The notes below the pieces were generated by a model. That model saw nothing but the letters and a program-made list of their open reading frames with translations, was not told the DNA's origin and did no database searches. This document shows positions 1 through 8,739 of a DNA stretch of 32,505 bases, one piece after another. The stretch is from the IMG/VR virus record IMGVR_UViG_3300027840_000004. The stretch is one strand, 5' to 3'. The position numbers were made by a program, and so were the translations under genes. This DNA comes from a virus. Numbering within the stretch: the stretch's first letter is position 1; the number at the start of each line of letters is the position of its first letter.

Positions 1-127
1 CGCGCATATGATATTTCATCAATTCGCTCGCCTCGTAAATTTTTATATTATCCGAAGCTGTATAACTTGACACTCCTAGTATTTCATTTAATTCGGCATA
101 AGTTATATATGCTGTTCTTGTAATTGC
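1..127. repeat. Terminal direct repeat identical to 32379..32505 (circular overlap of the contig)
   Basis: Bases 1-127 (cgcgcatatgatatttcatc...gttcttgtaattgc) recur exactly as the last 127 bases. A gene reads continuously through the junction. Confidence 0.95.
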
Positions 128-130
128 CAT
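1..130 (-). CDS. Start codon and N-terminal part of the head-tail connector gene (same gene as 32143..32505, across the circular junction)
   Basis: The ATG at 128-130 (rc) is preceded by the SD AAAGGAG (135-141). It is in frame with the ORF running off the right end and translates as MAITRTAYITYAELNEILGVSSYTASDN... Confidence 0.8.
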   Translation of the reverse strand, partial: MAITRTAYITYAELNEILGVSSYTASDNIKIYEASELMKYHMR

Positions 131-161
131 ATTACCACTCCTTTATTTGTGTTTTAGTTAA

Positions 162-992
162 TTACGCTGCTCCGTTATCAACTTGGATTAAAGTAGGTCT
201 AACTGCCCCAGTTACATAAGCCCAACGACCTTGTACTGCTGCGTCTCCGATATAAGTTCCTGAACCATCTAATGATTGGATCATTACTTCTCTTGTGAAA
301 GCCATTCCGAATACGAATGCTCTTTCTTGCATTGCTATAATGTTAGTTCCTGCTGGAAGTAAAGTTGTAACGAATACGTCAAATCCTAAAACACGTCCAA
401 TGTAACCATCAGTTTGAATGCTATCTCCACGAGTTGTATCTAAAACTAATTTGCTATCTACTGATAACATAAGTCCTTGAACTTCTGGTGTAATTACTAA
501 TGCGCGTCCTTTTTGAGGTGCTTTTGCATTATCTAATGCTACTTTAAGAGCTATGATTTTTCCGTAAAGGTTTGCTGCTGTTGGTGCTGCTCCTGCTGCT
601 GCTACTAATTCAGTTCCGTCAGCTTCCATTTTGATAAATCCATCTTTGTCAATTTGCTCACCAGCTGAACCCATCGCTGCCATAAGTCTTTGAACTACGT
701 AATCTGATGGTGCAGTTTCTACTGTGAACCCATCCATAATTTCGTTGATTGCTTTTTCTTTAAGGTTTGCGATTGTTACATAAGCACTTCCGTCTGCTGA
801 TAAAGCAACGCCAGTACCTGGAACATAGTCAGCTATTGTTGCAAGTTCATTTACATAAACTTTAACGTTAGTTGAACCAGGAGTTCCCACGATATCTTTT
901 CTTGAAACTTGTCTAATAATTGAACTTTCTGCTAATACTTCTTCCGAGATATTTGAATACCCCTCAACTTTTCTTGCTGTTGTTACTGCCAT
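162..992 (-). CDS. Major capsid protein
   Basis: A 276-aa ORF with SD AGGAGATG sits directly after the scaffold gene in the canonical terminase-portal-MuF-scaffold-capsid order. The composition is Ala/Gly/Thr-rich. Confidence 0.75.
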   Translation of the reverse strand: MAVTTARKVEGYSNISEEVLAESSIIRQVSRKDIVGTPGSTNVKVYVNELATIADYVPGTGVALSADGSAYVTIANLKEKAINEIMDGFTVETAPSDYVVQRLMAAMGSAGEQIDKDGFIKMEADGTELVAAAGAAPTAANLYGKIIALKVALDNAKAPQKGRALVITPEVQGLMLSVDSKLVLDTTRGDSIQTDGYIGRVLGFDVFVTTLLPAGTNIIAMQERAFVFGMAFTREVMIQSLDGSGTYIGDAAVQGRWAYVTGAVRPTLIQVDNGAA

Positions 993-1012
993 AATATTTC
1001 ATCTCCTATTTC

Positions 1013-1573
1013 TTATTTTTTAAGTTTTTTATATGCCTCTAAAAATGAACTATCTTCTTTTCGCTGATAAGTTTCATCTTGTTTTTCCACTCCGACTTTC
1101 GGCATAGTTTTTTTAAGTTCCGGCAATTCTTCTTCAATTACTTTTGCAATTCTATTCTGCAATTCTTCATTGTTGATACCAGCCTCATTAAATAAGTCGT
1201 TCGTGTCGATTAGTTTTTTAACTAATCCCAGTTTGCTCGTGTCAACTTCTAATGATGATAAAGTAGTCTTGATACTTTCATCTAGTTTAGTTTCCTGAAC
1301 TTGTTTCTCTAATGTTGTGTATTTCGTTTTCCAGTCTTCAAGTTCTTCCGATTTTCTTTCTAAATCCGTTTTTTGTGCTTCTTGAAGTTCTTTAACTTTT
1401 TTAAGTCCATCTTTCGCACTTTTAACATCTTCGATACCCAATTCTTTTAGTAATTGTTCTTGTGCCGATTTTCTTTCTTTGGCAATAAGTCCGTTTACTT
1501 GCGATTGCGGTAACATTTCCTCTGATTTCGTTTCTACAACTGGTTCAGTAACCAAAGTTTCGTTATTTTCCAT
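1013..1573 (-). CDS. Capsid scaffolding protein (acidic coiled-coil, DUF4355-like)
   Basis: A 186-aa protein that is highly charged (E/K-rich), has heptad character, and lies immediately upstream of the capsid gene. Confidence 0.7.
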   Translation of the reverse strand: MENNETLVTEPVVETKSEEMLPQSQVNGLIAKERKSAQEQLLKELGIEDVKSAKDGLKKVKELQEAQKTDLERKSEELEDWKTKYTTLEKQVQETKLDESIKTTLSSLEVDTSKLGLVKKLIDTNDLFNEAGINNEELQNRIAKVIEEELPELKKTMPKVGVEKQDETYQRKEDSSFLEAYKKLKK

Positions 1574-1652
1574 AACTTGCCTCCTCCTCCGATTAAAGTG
1601 TCGGTAACTATGTGTTCCTCATACCTACAAAGCCGATAAGTGGGCTTGATTT

Positions 1653-2348
1653 TTATAATCCGTTTTCGTACCAAGAGTGTGTTAAATTAACATTGTTGAC
1701 AACTCCAACTAGGTTTTGCATTGTTAATAAATATTTTGTATTCTTTTTAAAAATAACTTCATTTTTTCTTTCAACGCTTCCGCCGACTCTTTGTCCTGCT
1801 CCACCAGCAACACCAATTCTTCCACATCTTAGTTTAGTTGCTCCAACAGTTGATATGCCCGTTGGATTTAATCTCATTGTTGCTGTTGATGTATTGCTTG
1901 ATAAACGATTATTGTTTAATAATAATTGTAATGTTCCATTTGCGTTTGCAGTTATTGTTTCATAAGTTTCATAAACAAGCGCTCCGTCGTTCGCAGTAAT
2001 ATCAAATATCATATGCAATCCCTTGTCGCCCGTTTCAATTACCCAATTCCAAGTTGTATTTGCAGGTATTGGCAAACATTGTGTATTAAAGAAGTGATAT
2101 CCTTTATGTATAAACCAGTGCTCTACATCAAGTGTTGCTATTGAATTGGAAATATCTTTGGCATTTTCTAAAACTAATGCCGTTCTTTCCATTTCTTGTC
2201 CGAACGACTTCATTGTTATTTCGCCATTTGCTAAATAAGGCAATAAACTTGGTGCGATGTCCGGAGACATCTCTGCGTTTTCGGTATCTAAATAACCATT
2301 TTGTGTTAGCACATCGCCGACTTCTAGTCCGTGTGATTTATTTCTCAT
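1653..2348 (-). CDS. Hypothetical beta-rich protein inserted in the head module
   Basis: A 231-aa ORF between the MuF-like and scaffold genes. I recognise no motif in it. Confidence 0.6.
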   Translation of the reverse strand: MRNKSHGLEVGDVLTQNGYLDTENAEMSPDIAPSLLPYLANGEITMKSFGQEMERTALVLENAKDISNSIATLDVEHWFIHKGYHFFNTQCLPIPANTTWNWVIETGDKGLHMIFDITANDGALVYETYETITANANGTLQLLLNNNRLSSNTSTATMRLNPTGISTVGATKLRCGRIGVAGGAGQRVGGSVERKNEVIFKKNTKYLLTMQNLVGVVNNVNLTHSWYENGL

Positions 2349-2365
2349 TTTTCCCCATCTCCTAT

Positions 2366-3145
2366 TTATTCATCAATTACATCTACACGCATAATGCAAT
2401 GACAGTTAATATCTTGGTTCGCTTTTCCAAAGTGCTGGGGTGCTATTGTTTTTATGCCACCTACATTAAACATAGTGTCGCGACCTTTGACAGTCTGACC
2501 GTTTGCATTCTTGTGTGTTTCTCTCGCTTCTTCTCCGCGCCCTGTGTGTATCCAAGTTTTTTTAATATTTAAATCTTTTGTCGCTTCAAGTTGTGCTTCT
2601 GATTTATAAAAGTTTTTCTCGGTAATTGCGATTGATTTCGCCTTGCCTTTACTGTAACCATATAAGCGTTGAAGTTCTTTCGCTGTTTGCTTATAATTTT
2701 TGCCGTCGCGATACATCTGCATTACTGTATTTTGTACTCGTTTGTTTAAAATCTTGGCATTGCCTTTTATAACTTGCTTGATTTTTATCTTTTGCTGGCG
2801 TTGTTTTATCAACTTATCAACTATGGCATTCCACTCTTTAACAGATATAGCCTTTTTTGGCACTTTTAAGCCTTTTTTAGCGAAGTTAAAGTATTTATTA
2901 ACCCCAAACATCACTTTATAACTTCCGTCCATTGTGATGGCTAAATTGCGTTCCCACAGTACTAATAAAATTGGGAGGATTAACTTTAACGAATTTTTTA
3001 CTTCTTTTTCGTTAGTTAATTCCCCGTCCTTATTATATTCCGGCTCTGCTATTGGTAAGTCTAGTTTGGCATAATTGTCATCAATATTCTTCAACATCAA
3101 TTTCGTTTCTTCGTTGTCTAATTTTTCCAATTCCTTTTCAGTCAT
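2366..3145 (-). CDS. Head morphogenesis protein (SPP1 gp7 / Mu F-like)
   Basis: The C-terminal signature HTGRGEEARETHKNANGQTV...PQHFGKANQDINCHCIM is typical of the Phage_Mu_F domain. The gene follows the portal gene. Confidence 0.8.
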   Translation of the reverse strand: MTEKELEKLDNEETKLMLKNIDDNYAKLDLPIAEPEYNKDGELTNEKEVKNSLKLILPILLVLWERNLAITMDGSYKVMFGVNKYFNFAKKGLKVPKKAISVKEWNAIVDKLIKQRQQKIKIKQVIKGNAKILNKRVQNTVMQMYRDGKNYKQTAKELQRLYGYSKGKAKSIAITEKNFYKSEAQLEATKDLNIKKTWIHTGRGEEARETHKNANGQTVKGRDTMFNVGGIKTIAPQHFGKANQDINCHCIMRVDVIDE

Positions 3146-3158
3146 TTTGTATCACTCC

Positions 3159-4598
3159 TTATTCGGTAGTGTTTTCTTCTTCCTCGAAAGTTACATTTCC
3201 ATTGTTGGTAAGTATACGCACTTTATCTTCTTCGCTTAATTCATCGCCATAAACATCGTCAAGCGCTTTCTCGTTATCAATAATGCTCGCGTCTATCAAC
3301 ATTTTAACTTCTTCAATTACTTCTTTTCTACTTGGTGTGATATACTCGCCGAATTTAACTTCAACATACATTTCTTTCTTATCAATGCCATGCACATTTA
3401 ATAATAGTAAGAATAGTTTTTCCAAAAATTCTTCCCAAGTTTCAATCATATTCTTTCTTGTTCTTAATGAAACAACTTCGCGTCTTGCGATATTTTCGCC
3501 CGATGCATTTGCTCCTGTGTTTTCATCAATACCAACAGTGATTGGAGATAGTCCAAATCCCGCTAAAATATTGTTCGTGATTGCGTTGATCGCTTTTGTA
3601 TATTCTTCGGTTCTTATTGCTGGCTGATTATGTGTAATTTCGCTTTTCGCTGTTTCGCGTAAATCCGTACCAGTAACAACATATTTCTTTTTAAATGCGT
3701 TGAACTGCTTGTTGTCCATTAAAATGTCCGGTACATAAGTTTCAGCGCGTCCATTTCTTATTTCATCACTTAATTGCGACCAAGTTTCATCTAAACTATC
3801 GAACTCGGCAATAAGCCCCTCATAATCGCTCTTGTTGGCAACTTTTTCCATCGCCCACATTTGATTGTTTGGGATTATTACGTTTACAATGTCCGCCGTT
3901 TCCGGTAGCGCATTCATATTTACTTCCGTAAGTCCGTGTTGTGTTTTTTTGTAAAGATTATATTTAACATAGCCTTTTCCATAATGCTCGTGAAGTTCAA
4001 ACTTCCCGTCATCGTATTTTTCAATGAATATTAACTCTTGTAAACGTCCGCGTTTATAAACTGCTCTATAAGATAGTGGACTATACTTCTCAATTATCGG
4101 GTATTCGCTAATTTCTTTATCAATACTTATTTTAACTGCAAATCTTCCAGCCCAACTTTCGGTAGTAATCATATTAGTTACTTGTTTTCTAAAATCATTG
4201 TCGTCAAGTATATCTTCTAAAACGATAGTTTCTTTTTCAACTTCTTTTTCTTTCATCATTACTTTATAATCCATACCGCCACTTTGTAGCAAGTTAGATT
4301 TTGCGTAAGAGCAGAAGCTTGGAAGTCCACTGTGTATAATTCTCATTGTTGCGTCAAGGTTTGAATAATAATAACTTGACTTCGTATCAATTGTTAATGA
4401 ACTTTGTGTTCTAGTGGCATAAAAGTCGGCTAGCAACTCCTCATTACCTAAAAACCACAAATATCGTTCTTGTAAATTGTATAACTCATTTTGCATTGCT
4501 AACTTCGGCATAGAACCACCACTTTCTCTTGAATAATTTTGAATATACGGATAAAGGAAGTTTGTTATTCCTTGCCCGAACTTATCTTTTAAATTCAT
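3159..4598 (-). CDS. Portal protein
   Basis: A 479-aa ORF immediately downstream of the large terminase, with an acidic C-terminal tail. Size and position are typical of an SPP1 gp6-type portal. Confidence 0.8.
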   Translation of the reverse strand: MNLKDKFGQGITNFLYPYIQNYSRESGGSMPKLAMQNELYNLQERYLWFLGNEELLADFYATRTQSSLTIDTKSSYYYSNLDATMRIIHSGLPSFCSYAKSNLLQSGGMDYKVMMKEKEVEKETIVLEDILDDNDFRKQVTNMITTESWAGRFAVKISIDKEISEYPIIEKYSPLSYRAVYKRGRLQELIFIEKYDDGKFELHEHYGKGYVKYNLYKKTQHGLTEVNMNALPETADIVNVIIPNNQMWAMEKVANKSDYEGLIAEFDSLDETWSQLSDEIRNGRAETYVPDILMDNKQFNAFKKKYVVTGTDLRETAKSEITHNQPAIRTEEYTKAINAITNNILAGFGLSPITVGIDENTGANASGENIARREVVSLRTRKNMIETWEEFLEKLFLLLLNVHGIDKKEMYVEVKFGEYITPSRKEVIEEVKMLIDASIIDNEKALDDVYGDELSEEDKVRILTNNGNVTFEEEENTTE

Positions 4599-4602
4599 AT
4601 AA

Positions 4603-5904
4603 TCACTTCCCTATCTCATTTTTGTAAGGTAGCCACCCATATTGTCCTGCTTGTATAAGGTGGTCGTTTCCGTCTTCTGGTTCATCTTTCGTTTCTTTCC
4701 ACGAATAAATGTTCAATTCTTTTTGCATTGGCTTCGTATCTTCTTCAACAAGGAAGAATTTTCCGATAGCGAACCAACCGCTTTGCATATTTATACGGTC
4801 AATATTCTTTGTTTTTTTGTAAGCGTCGAATACGTTGTATATCTTGCCCGTCATTTTTATATATTTACGAACTTCTAATATAGTCGCTTGATCCGCGCTG
4901 TCTATAAATATATTTTTAGTAAAGCCCCATTTTTCAAAACACATTTGTAAAAATAAATCTATCTTGACCGGCATATCGCTCGGCGTTAGTGGGACGACTA
5001 AATCTTTGTTGTTATATTCTCGGCAGTCTAGGACAACCCACTCGTTGTCGGTAGTTAAACCGCCATAAACAAGTGCGAATGTATCTTTTGAATTGCTTGA
5101 ATAAGATGTGTCAACTCCAAGGCTGAATAGTTTATAAGACTTTTTCTTTGCTTCTTCGCGTGTGATTAAATGGCGTGCTTCAAGATTAAATATCAATCCG
5201 CTTGCTCGACCGCGCAATCCCAACACTTTATTTTTATAAATCTTTGTTCCTTTCGGATAAGACCTTATCTTCTTTTCTTTTTGTTCTTGTGTAAGTCCGG
5301 CATTATCATCAAACATAAAATACCAGTGTACCCAACCATTTTCGGCTGGCTCATTTAACATCTCTAATAATTCCGTCGGATAATCTTTTTCATATTCCGG
5401 TAATGGTCTTGACTTGTTGATATACTCTTTATAAACATCTAAATCGGGATTGTCCGGATTTAATGTCGCCATAAGATAATCACAACGTCCTGATACTTCT
5501 CTTAAATAGTCCATATCTGCAATGTTGACCTCATCTATATAAACGCAACCAACTTGACCACCAAGGACTTTTTTCCATCTTGCTCGGTCGGAGTATCCTA
5601 AAACATATATGATTTTATTCTTTATTTGTAAGTGGGGCATATTGATTGGTCCTCGACCATTTCCATAATATGCAATGTTGTCGCCAAACACATCGAGTAT
5701 TCCCAACTCGGCATTGATAATATTTTTTTCAATAACTCCTAAATCAAGTCCGCTCAATATATGGTCTTTTTTATCACTTTTTAATACTTGGAATATGTAT
5801 TTAATAACGCCTGTTGTTGTTTTACCACTTGCAGTCGAACCTTCAAGGAACTCGAACTCGGCGTCCGTCTTTAAAAAATGCTTGTATTTATCACTAAATT
5901 CCAT
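4603..5904 (-). CDS. terL: Terminase large subunit
   Basis: Walker A is GSTASGKTT near the N-terminus and Walker B-like is VGCVYIDEV. A C-terminal acidic nuclease-type region is present (FIDSADQA), and the 433-aa size fits. Confidence 0.9.
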   Translation of the reverse strand: MEFSDKYKHFLKTDAEFEFLEGSTASGKTTTGVIKYIFQVLKSDKKDHILSGLDLGVIEKNIINAELGILDVFGDNIAYYGNGRGPINMPHLQIKNKIIYVLGYSDRARWKKVLGGQVGCVYIDEVNIADMDYLREVSGRCDYLMATLNPDNPDLDVYKEYINKSRPLPEYEKDYPTELLEMLNEPAENGWVHWYFMFDDNAGLTQEQKEKKIRSYPKGTKIYKNKVLGLRGRASGLIFNLEARHLITREEAKKKSYKLFSLGVDTSYSSNSKDTFALVYGGLTTDNEWVVLDCREYNNKDLVVPLTPSDMPVKIDLFLQMCFEKWGFTKNIFIDSADQATILEVRKYIKMTGKIYNVFDAYKKTKNIDRINMQSGWFAIGKFFLVEEDTKPMQKELNIYSWKETKDEPEDGNDHLIQAGQYGWLPYKNEIGK

Positions 5905-5908
5905 ATCA

Positions 5909-6277
5909 TCACTTCATCGCTTTTAAAATATCGTCCAATTTTCCGTCATTAAATTCGATTTTACTTTCGCTGCGGTCAACTGGTTTCTCGCCTATTGTAT
6001 CTCTCAATACCTCGAAAGCTTTGACGTTTCCGTTAAGTGCCTCGCCGATAAGTGCCATTGATACTTTTTCTTGCGTGTCGCCCATTTGTAAAAGTTTGAT
6101 TAAATCGTGTTTTAATAAAGTGTTGCGCTTGCGTGCAATGTGAGAGGCATATGCTCCCTTGCTTTGTATCGCTTTTACTTCTTCTGGGTCTCTTTGGTTT
6201 AATGGTATCAAATTATTATTAACTCCTGCCACATTTCCACCTCGCTTTTTTTTACCCTCTACTATTAAATTACCCAT
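5909..6277 (-). CDS. terS: Terminase small subunit (start uncertain)
   Basis: A basic N-terminus (GKKKRGGN..NNLIPLNQRDPEEVKAIQSKGAYASHIARKRN) resembles the common small-terminase motif, and the gene abuts terL. The track's TTG start at 6298 lies inside the upstream terminator. Candidate starts are the ATG at 6277 or the GTG at 6232 (SD GAGGTGG). Confidence 0.6.
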   Translation of the reverse strand: MGNLIVEGKKKRGGNVAGVNNNLIPLNQRDPEEVKAIQSKGAYASHIARKRNTLLKHDLIKLLQMGDTQEKVSMALIGEALNGNVKAFEVLRDTIGEKPVDRSESKIEFNDGKLDDILKAMK

Positions 6278-6295
6278 AACAAAATAAAAAGGCAA

Positions 6296-6321
6296 CAAAA
6301 AAAGTGTATTTTCTACACTTA
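6296..6321 (-). terminator. Intrinsic terminator between the sigma gene and terS
   Basis: On the minus strand the hairpin is AAGTGTA-gaaaa-TACACTT followed by TTTTTTT. The sigma stop codon lies inside the stem. Confidence 0.7.
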
Positions 6322-6855
6322 ATTGTTATTTATCGTTGATTTTATCTTTTTCATTGCCTTGTTATTTATATTTGTAATATGTGTTTGTGATAATTCGTAC
6401 TTTTCAGCTAACTGCTTGCGTGAAAGGTTAGCACTTCGCAAGTTCCACATATTAGTCAAAACATCTTGCTCTCGGTCGGTTAATAGAGATATGGCGTTGT
6501 ATAATTCTTTTTTTGTTTCATCAAACACCATATCGTCCTCTATTTTGCCATTTTCAGCCATTTCTAGCGACTTTAAATCGTTTTGAGTATAAATACACTC
6601 GTCGAGGCTAACATCTGTCCTAAGGCGTTTTTGTGCTGTTTCTCGCTTTATCTCTTTTAGCAATTCATTCTCCATACATTTATAAACGTAATTGGAAAAT
6701 GTCGATTTATTCTCATCGTAGCTGTTCAGCGCCTTGGCATAGCCGATATAACATATGTCCAAGTAGTCGTCTTTCTTATCATACAAGTGATATTTCTTCA
6801 AAATAGAGAACATCAGCGGGTGGTAGTCTTTCTCTTTGTAGTCATCAGTTCTCAT
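6319..6855 (-). CDS. Sigma-70 family (ECF-like, regions 2 and 4) RNA polymerase sigma factor
   Basis: The region-2-like segment is YIGYAKALNSYDENKSTFSNYVYKCMENELLKEIKRE. The region-4 HTH is LTDREQDVLTNMWNL...SRKQLAEKYELSQTHITNINNKAMKKIK. Confidence 0.8.
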   Translation of the reverse strand: MRTDDYKEKDYHPLMFSILKKYHLYDKKDDYLDICYIGYAKALNSYDENKSTFSNYVYKCMENELLKEIKRETAQKRLRTDVSLDECIYTQNDLKSLEMAENGKIEDDMVFDETKKELYNAISLLTDREQDVLTNMWNLRSANLSRKQLAEKYELSQTHITNINNKAMKKIKSTINNN

Positions 6856-8039
6856 TTTTTAATCATAACCTTTTCCTGCCCTCTATTCATCTTCATATAA
6901 TTATCATATTTATTATTATAATCATTATTCTTCGTATTGTAATAAGGTATTGCCTCCGGTAATATTGAAACAACATTTCCTTTGGTATCTAGTTTAATAG
7001 TAATAATCCACGCCCCAACATCATTTGATAATCCCTTGCCATCAGTAAATGGCGTGCGGTCTTGAAAACTCGGAACTTCAAAATAATGAATATTTCTATA
7101 AAGCATATAAAATAATTTGTGATGATGTCCACATAAAACAACATTTGGCTTTTTCCCACCACGAATTACATCTAAATGTTTTTGCCCACGATATGAATAA
7201 GCATAAGAACTTCCATCTTGCGGGTGCATTAGCAAAATCTCGCATTTATTTATATTTACAGTCGCCCTATCTTGCCCAAGATAAATCATATCACTTCTTC
7301 TATCAGCAATTACTCGCCCGATATCAGCCATTCCGTTTCTTTGGTGCGTATAGTCATGATTTCCTGTAAGAAAATATGTAGTCATTCCCTCGCGTTTAGG
7401 ATAAGCATTGACAACATAGTCCGCTTGATCGTCAAAGCCTAACATAAATATACTTCCTAATCTATCTTTATAAAATCCGTCCGAGATGTCGCCGGCGTGT
7501 AAAACTGTATCAATGCCACGCTCTTGGAATAAATCATAAGTCTTGTGTAGTAATTCAAGTTGTTGCCATTTACTGCATAAGTGCGTGTCTGATACAACGC
7601 CAAGCGTGATTGTAGAAGCAACATCAGGAAGCCTCAACTCGTTATCTTCAATATCGCTCTTGCCAAGTTTAATCTTGATATCATCATCAACTTTATAAAC
7701 TTGAATGTTATAATGCGACAATTTCAATTCTTCAACAATGCCAAGTATTTCAATTTTTGTCATTTCAAAGTATTTTTCAAGTTGCTCAATATCTTTTTCA
7801 GCTTTGATAAGTTTCAATAAGTTGGTCTTTGTATCTTCCAAACTTTCTTTCTCGCTGCGAAGTGGAAGCACATATTTTTTATAAGTACTTCTCCACGCCT
7901 CAAATCCTATGCTTGTATCAAACTCCTCGTTCGCCTTTTTAGTCGCCTTTTCCCAATAGCCATATCCATTTTCTTTTTTCTCGTCCTCAATAATCCTTTT
8001 TAACTTTTCGATGTGGTCAATATTATTTTTGTCAAACAT
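6852..8039 (-). CDS. Calcineurin-like metallophosphoesterase with a roughly 140-aa helical N-terminal extension
   Basis: MPE motifs appear in order: GVVSDTHL, HAGDISDG, LTGNHDY, LLMHPQDG, LCGHHH. The ATG at 8039 has better SD spacing (AAGGAG + 8 nt) than the ATG at 8045. A 4-nt overlap with the sigma gene implies coupling. Confidence 0.8.
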   Translation of the reverse strand: MFDKNNIDHIEKLKRIIEDEKKENGYGYWEKATKKANEEFDTSIGFEAWRSTYKKYVLPLRSEKESLEDTKTNLLKLIKAEKDIEQLEKYFEMTKIEILGIVEELKLSHYNIQVYKVDDDIKIKLGKSDIEDNELRLPDVASTITLGVVSDTHLCSKWQQLELLHKTYDLFQERGIDTVLHAGDISDGFYKDRLGSIFMLGFDDQADYVVNAYPKREGMTTYFLTGNHDYTHQRNGMADIGRVIADRRSDMIYLGQDRATVNINKCEILLMHPQDGSSYAYSYRGQKHLDVIRGGKKPNVVLCGHHHKLFYMLYRNIHYFEVPSFQDRTPFTDGKGLSNDVGAWIITIKLDTKGNVVSILPEAIPYYNTKNNDYNNKYDNYMKMNRGQEKVMIKK

Positions 8040-8084
8040 TTGCATTTCTCCTTTTCGTAGAAGTCCATTCTACCCTCTAATTAT

Positions 8085-8112
8085 ATTATACCACTAATTT
8101 GTGTGTTGACAA
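8085..8112 (-). promoter_or_regulatory. Sigma-70-type promoter for the MPE-sigma operon
   Basis: On the minus strand: TTGTCA, 16 nt, then TGgTATAAT (extended -10). A 5'UTR hairpin GTAGAA-tggac-TTCTAC precedes the SD. Confidence 0.65.
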
Positions 8113-8116
8113 CACA
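8102..8116. promoter_or_regulatory. Perfect 15-bp palindrome overlapping the -35 (candidate operator)
   Basis: TGTGTTG-N-CAACACA. The half-site GTGTTG also overlaps the -35 regions of the promoters at 8711..8739 and 14897..14925. Confidence 0.45.
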
Positions 8117-8134
8117 TTTTACATAAAAAGGCAT

Positions 8135-8704
8135 AAAAAAACCAAACTTTCGTTTGATCGTTTTATACTTGGCTAATATGTCCATCGCTTTCGCTTCTCA
8201 ATGCAAGTCATTTTAAATAATAAATACAAGTCGGTCAAGTCTACTCCAAATTTTACAATTGATATTATTTTAGGCATTTACTACTATTTCCAATGCGGAT
8301 ACCTCTTGTATTTGTGCAAAGTTATTAACCCTGCTTGTAAGATATCAACGAGTTGACCTACTCTACATTCCGTGGATTTATAGTCCATTCCGCAGATGAT
8401 TTGATACCCTACAAGCAAGATTTAACTCTTGCCCATCATTCTCTCACAAGCCATCTACATTTTCTATCGTGGCTTTCACAATGTTTATTTTAAGTGTCCC
8501 TTGCTAGCATTTAACACTAATATAAATAGAGAACGATAATTTGGAGTTATTCGCTCCTTTGTGAAATGTAATAATCACACTTTGACCAGACGACCTTGTT
8601 AGATATTTGTCCAGTTATAGTAATCTACATCTCACAAAGCAAGGAACAAGTCCGTTGCTCGAAAGGGGTTTTCAAAGGTTGTCAGAGAAGTAATTTACCT
8701 CTCT
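8135..8704 (-). ncRNA. Large (about 570 nt) structured noncoding RNA candidate, class unknown (ROOL/GOLLD-like size and context)
   Basis: No ORF of 60 aa or more exists in any frame across 8046..8769. The unit begins at a consensus promoter and ends at a hairpin plus U7 tract (8135..8157). There is a 5' hairpin at 8684..8704. Long-range helices are 8625-8639/8557-8571 (15 bp), 8401-8416/8333-8348 (16 bp) and 8528-8537/8435-8444 (10 bp). Every non-Watson-Crick pair in them is G.U only on the minus strand. Confidence 0.6.
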
Positions 8705-8710
8705 AATGAT

Positions 8711-8739
8711 ATTGTATCATCAACACAAAGAAGTGTCAA
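8711..8739 (-). promoter_or_regulatory. Near-consensus sigma-70 promoter driving the noncoding unit
   Basis: On the minus strand: TTGACA (8734-8739), a 17-nt spacer, then TACAAT (8711-8716). The predicted TSS is near 8704. Confidence 0.75.

Noticed and set aside
1-127. Whether the terminal repeat represents biological direct terminal repeats of the virion DNA.
   Set aside because: An exact 127-bp overlap is what de Bruijn assemblers leave on circular contigs. It falls inside a coding sequence, so it cannot be used as evidence for physical genome ends.
5909-6298. The track's TTG start at 6298 for the small terminase gene.
   Set aside because: That codon lies in the U-tract of the upstream terminator and has no SD. 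The downstream ATG at 6277 or the GTG at 6232 (SD GAGGTGG) is more plausible.
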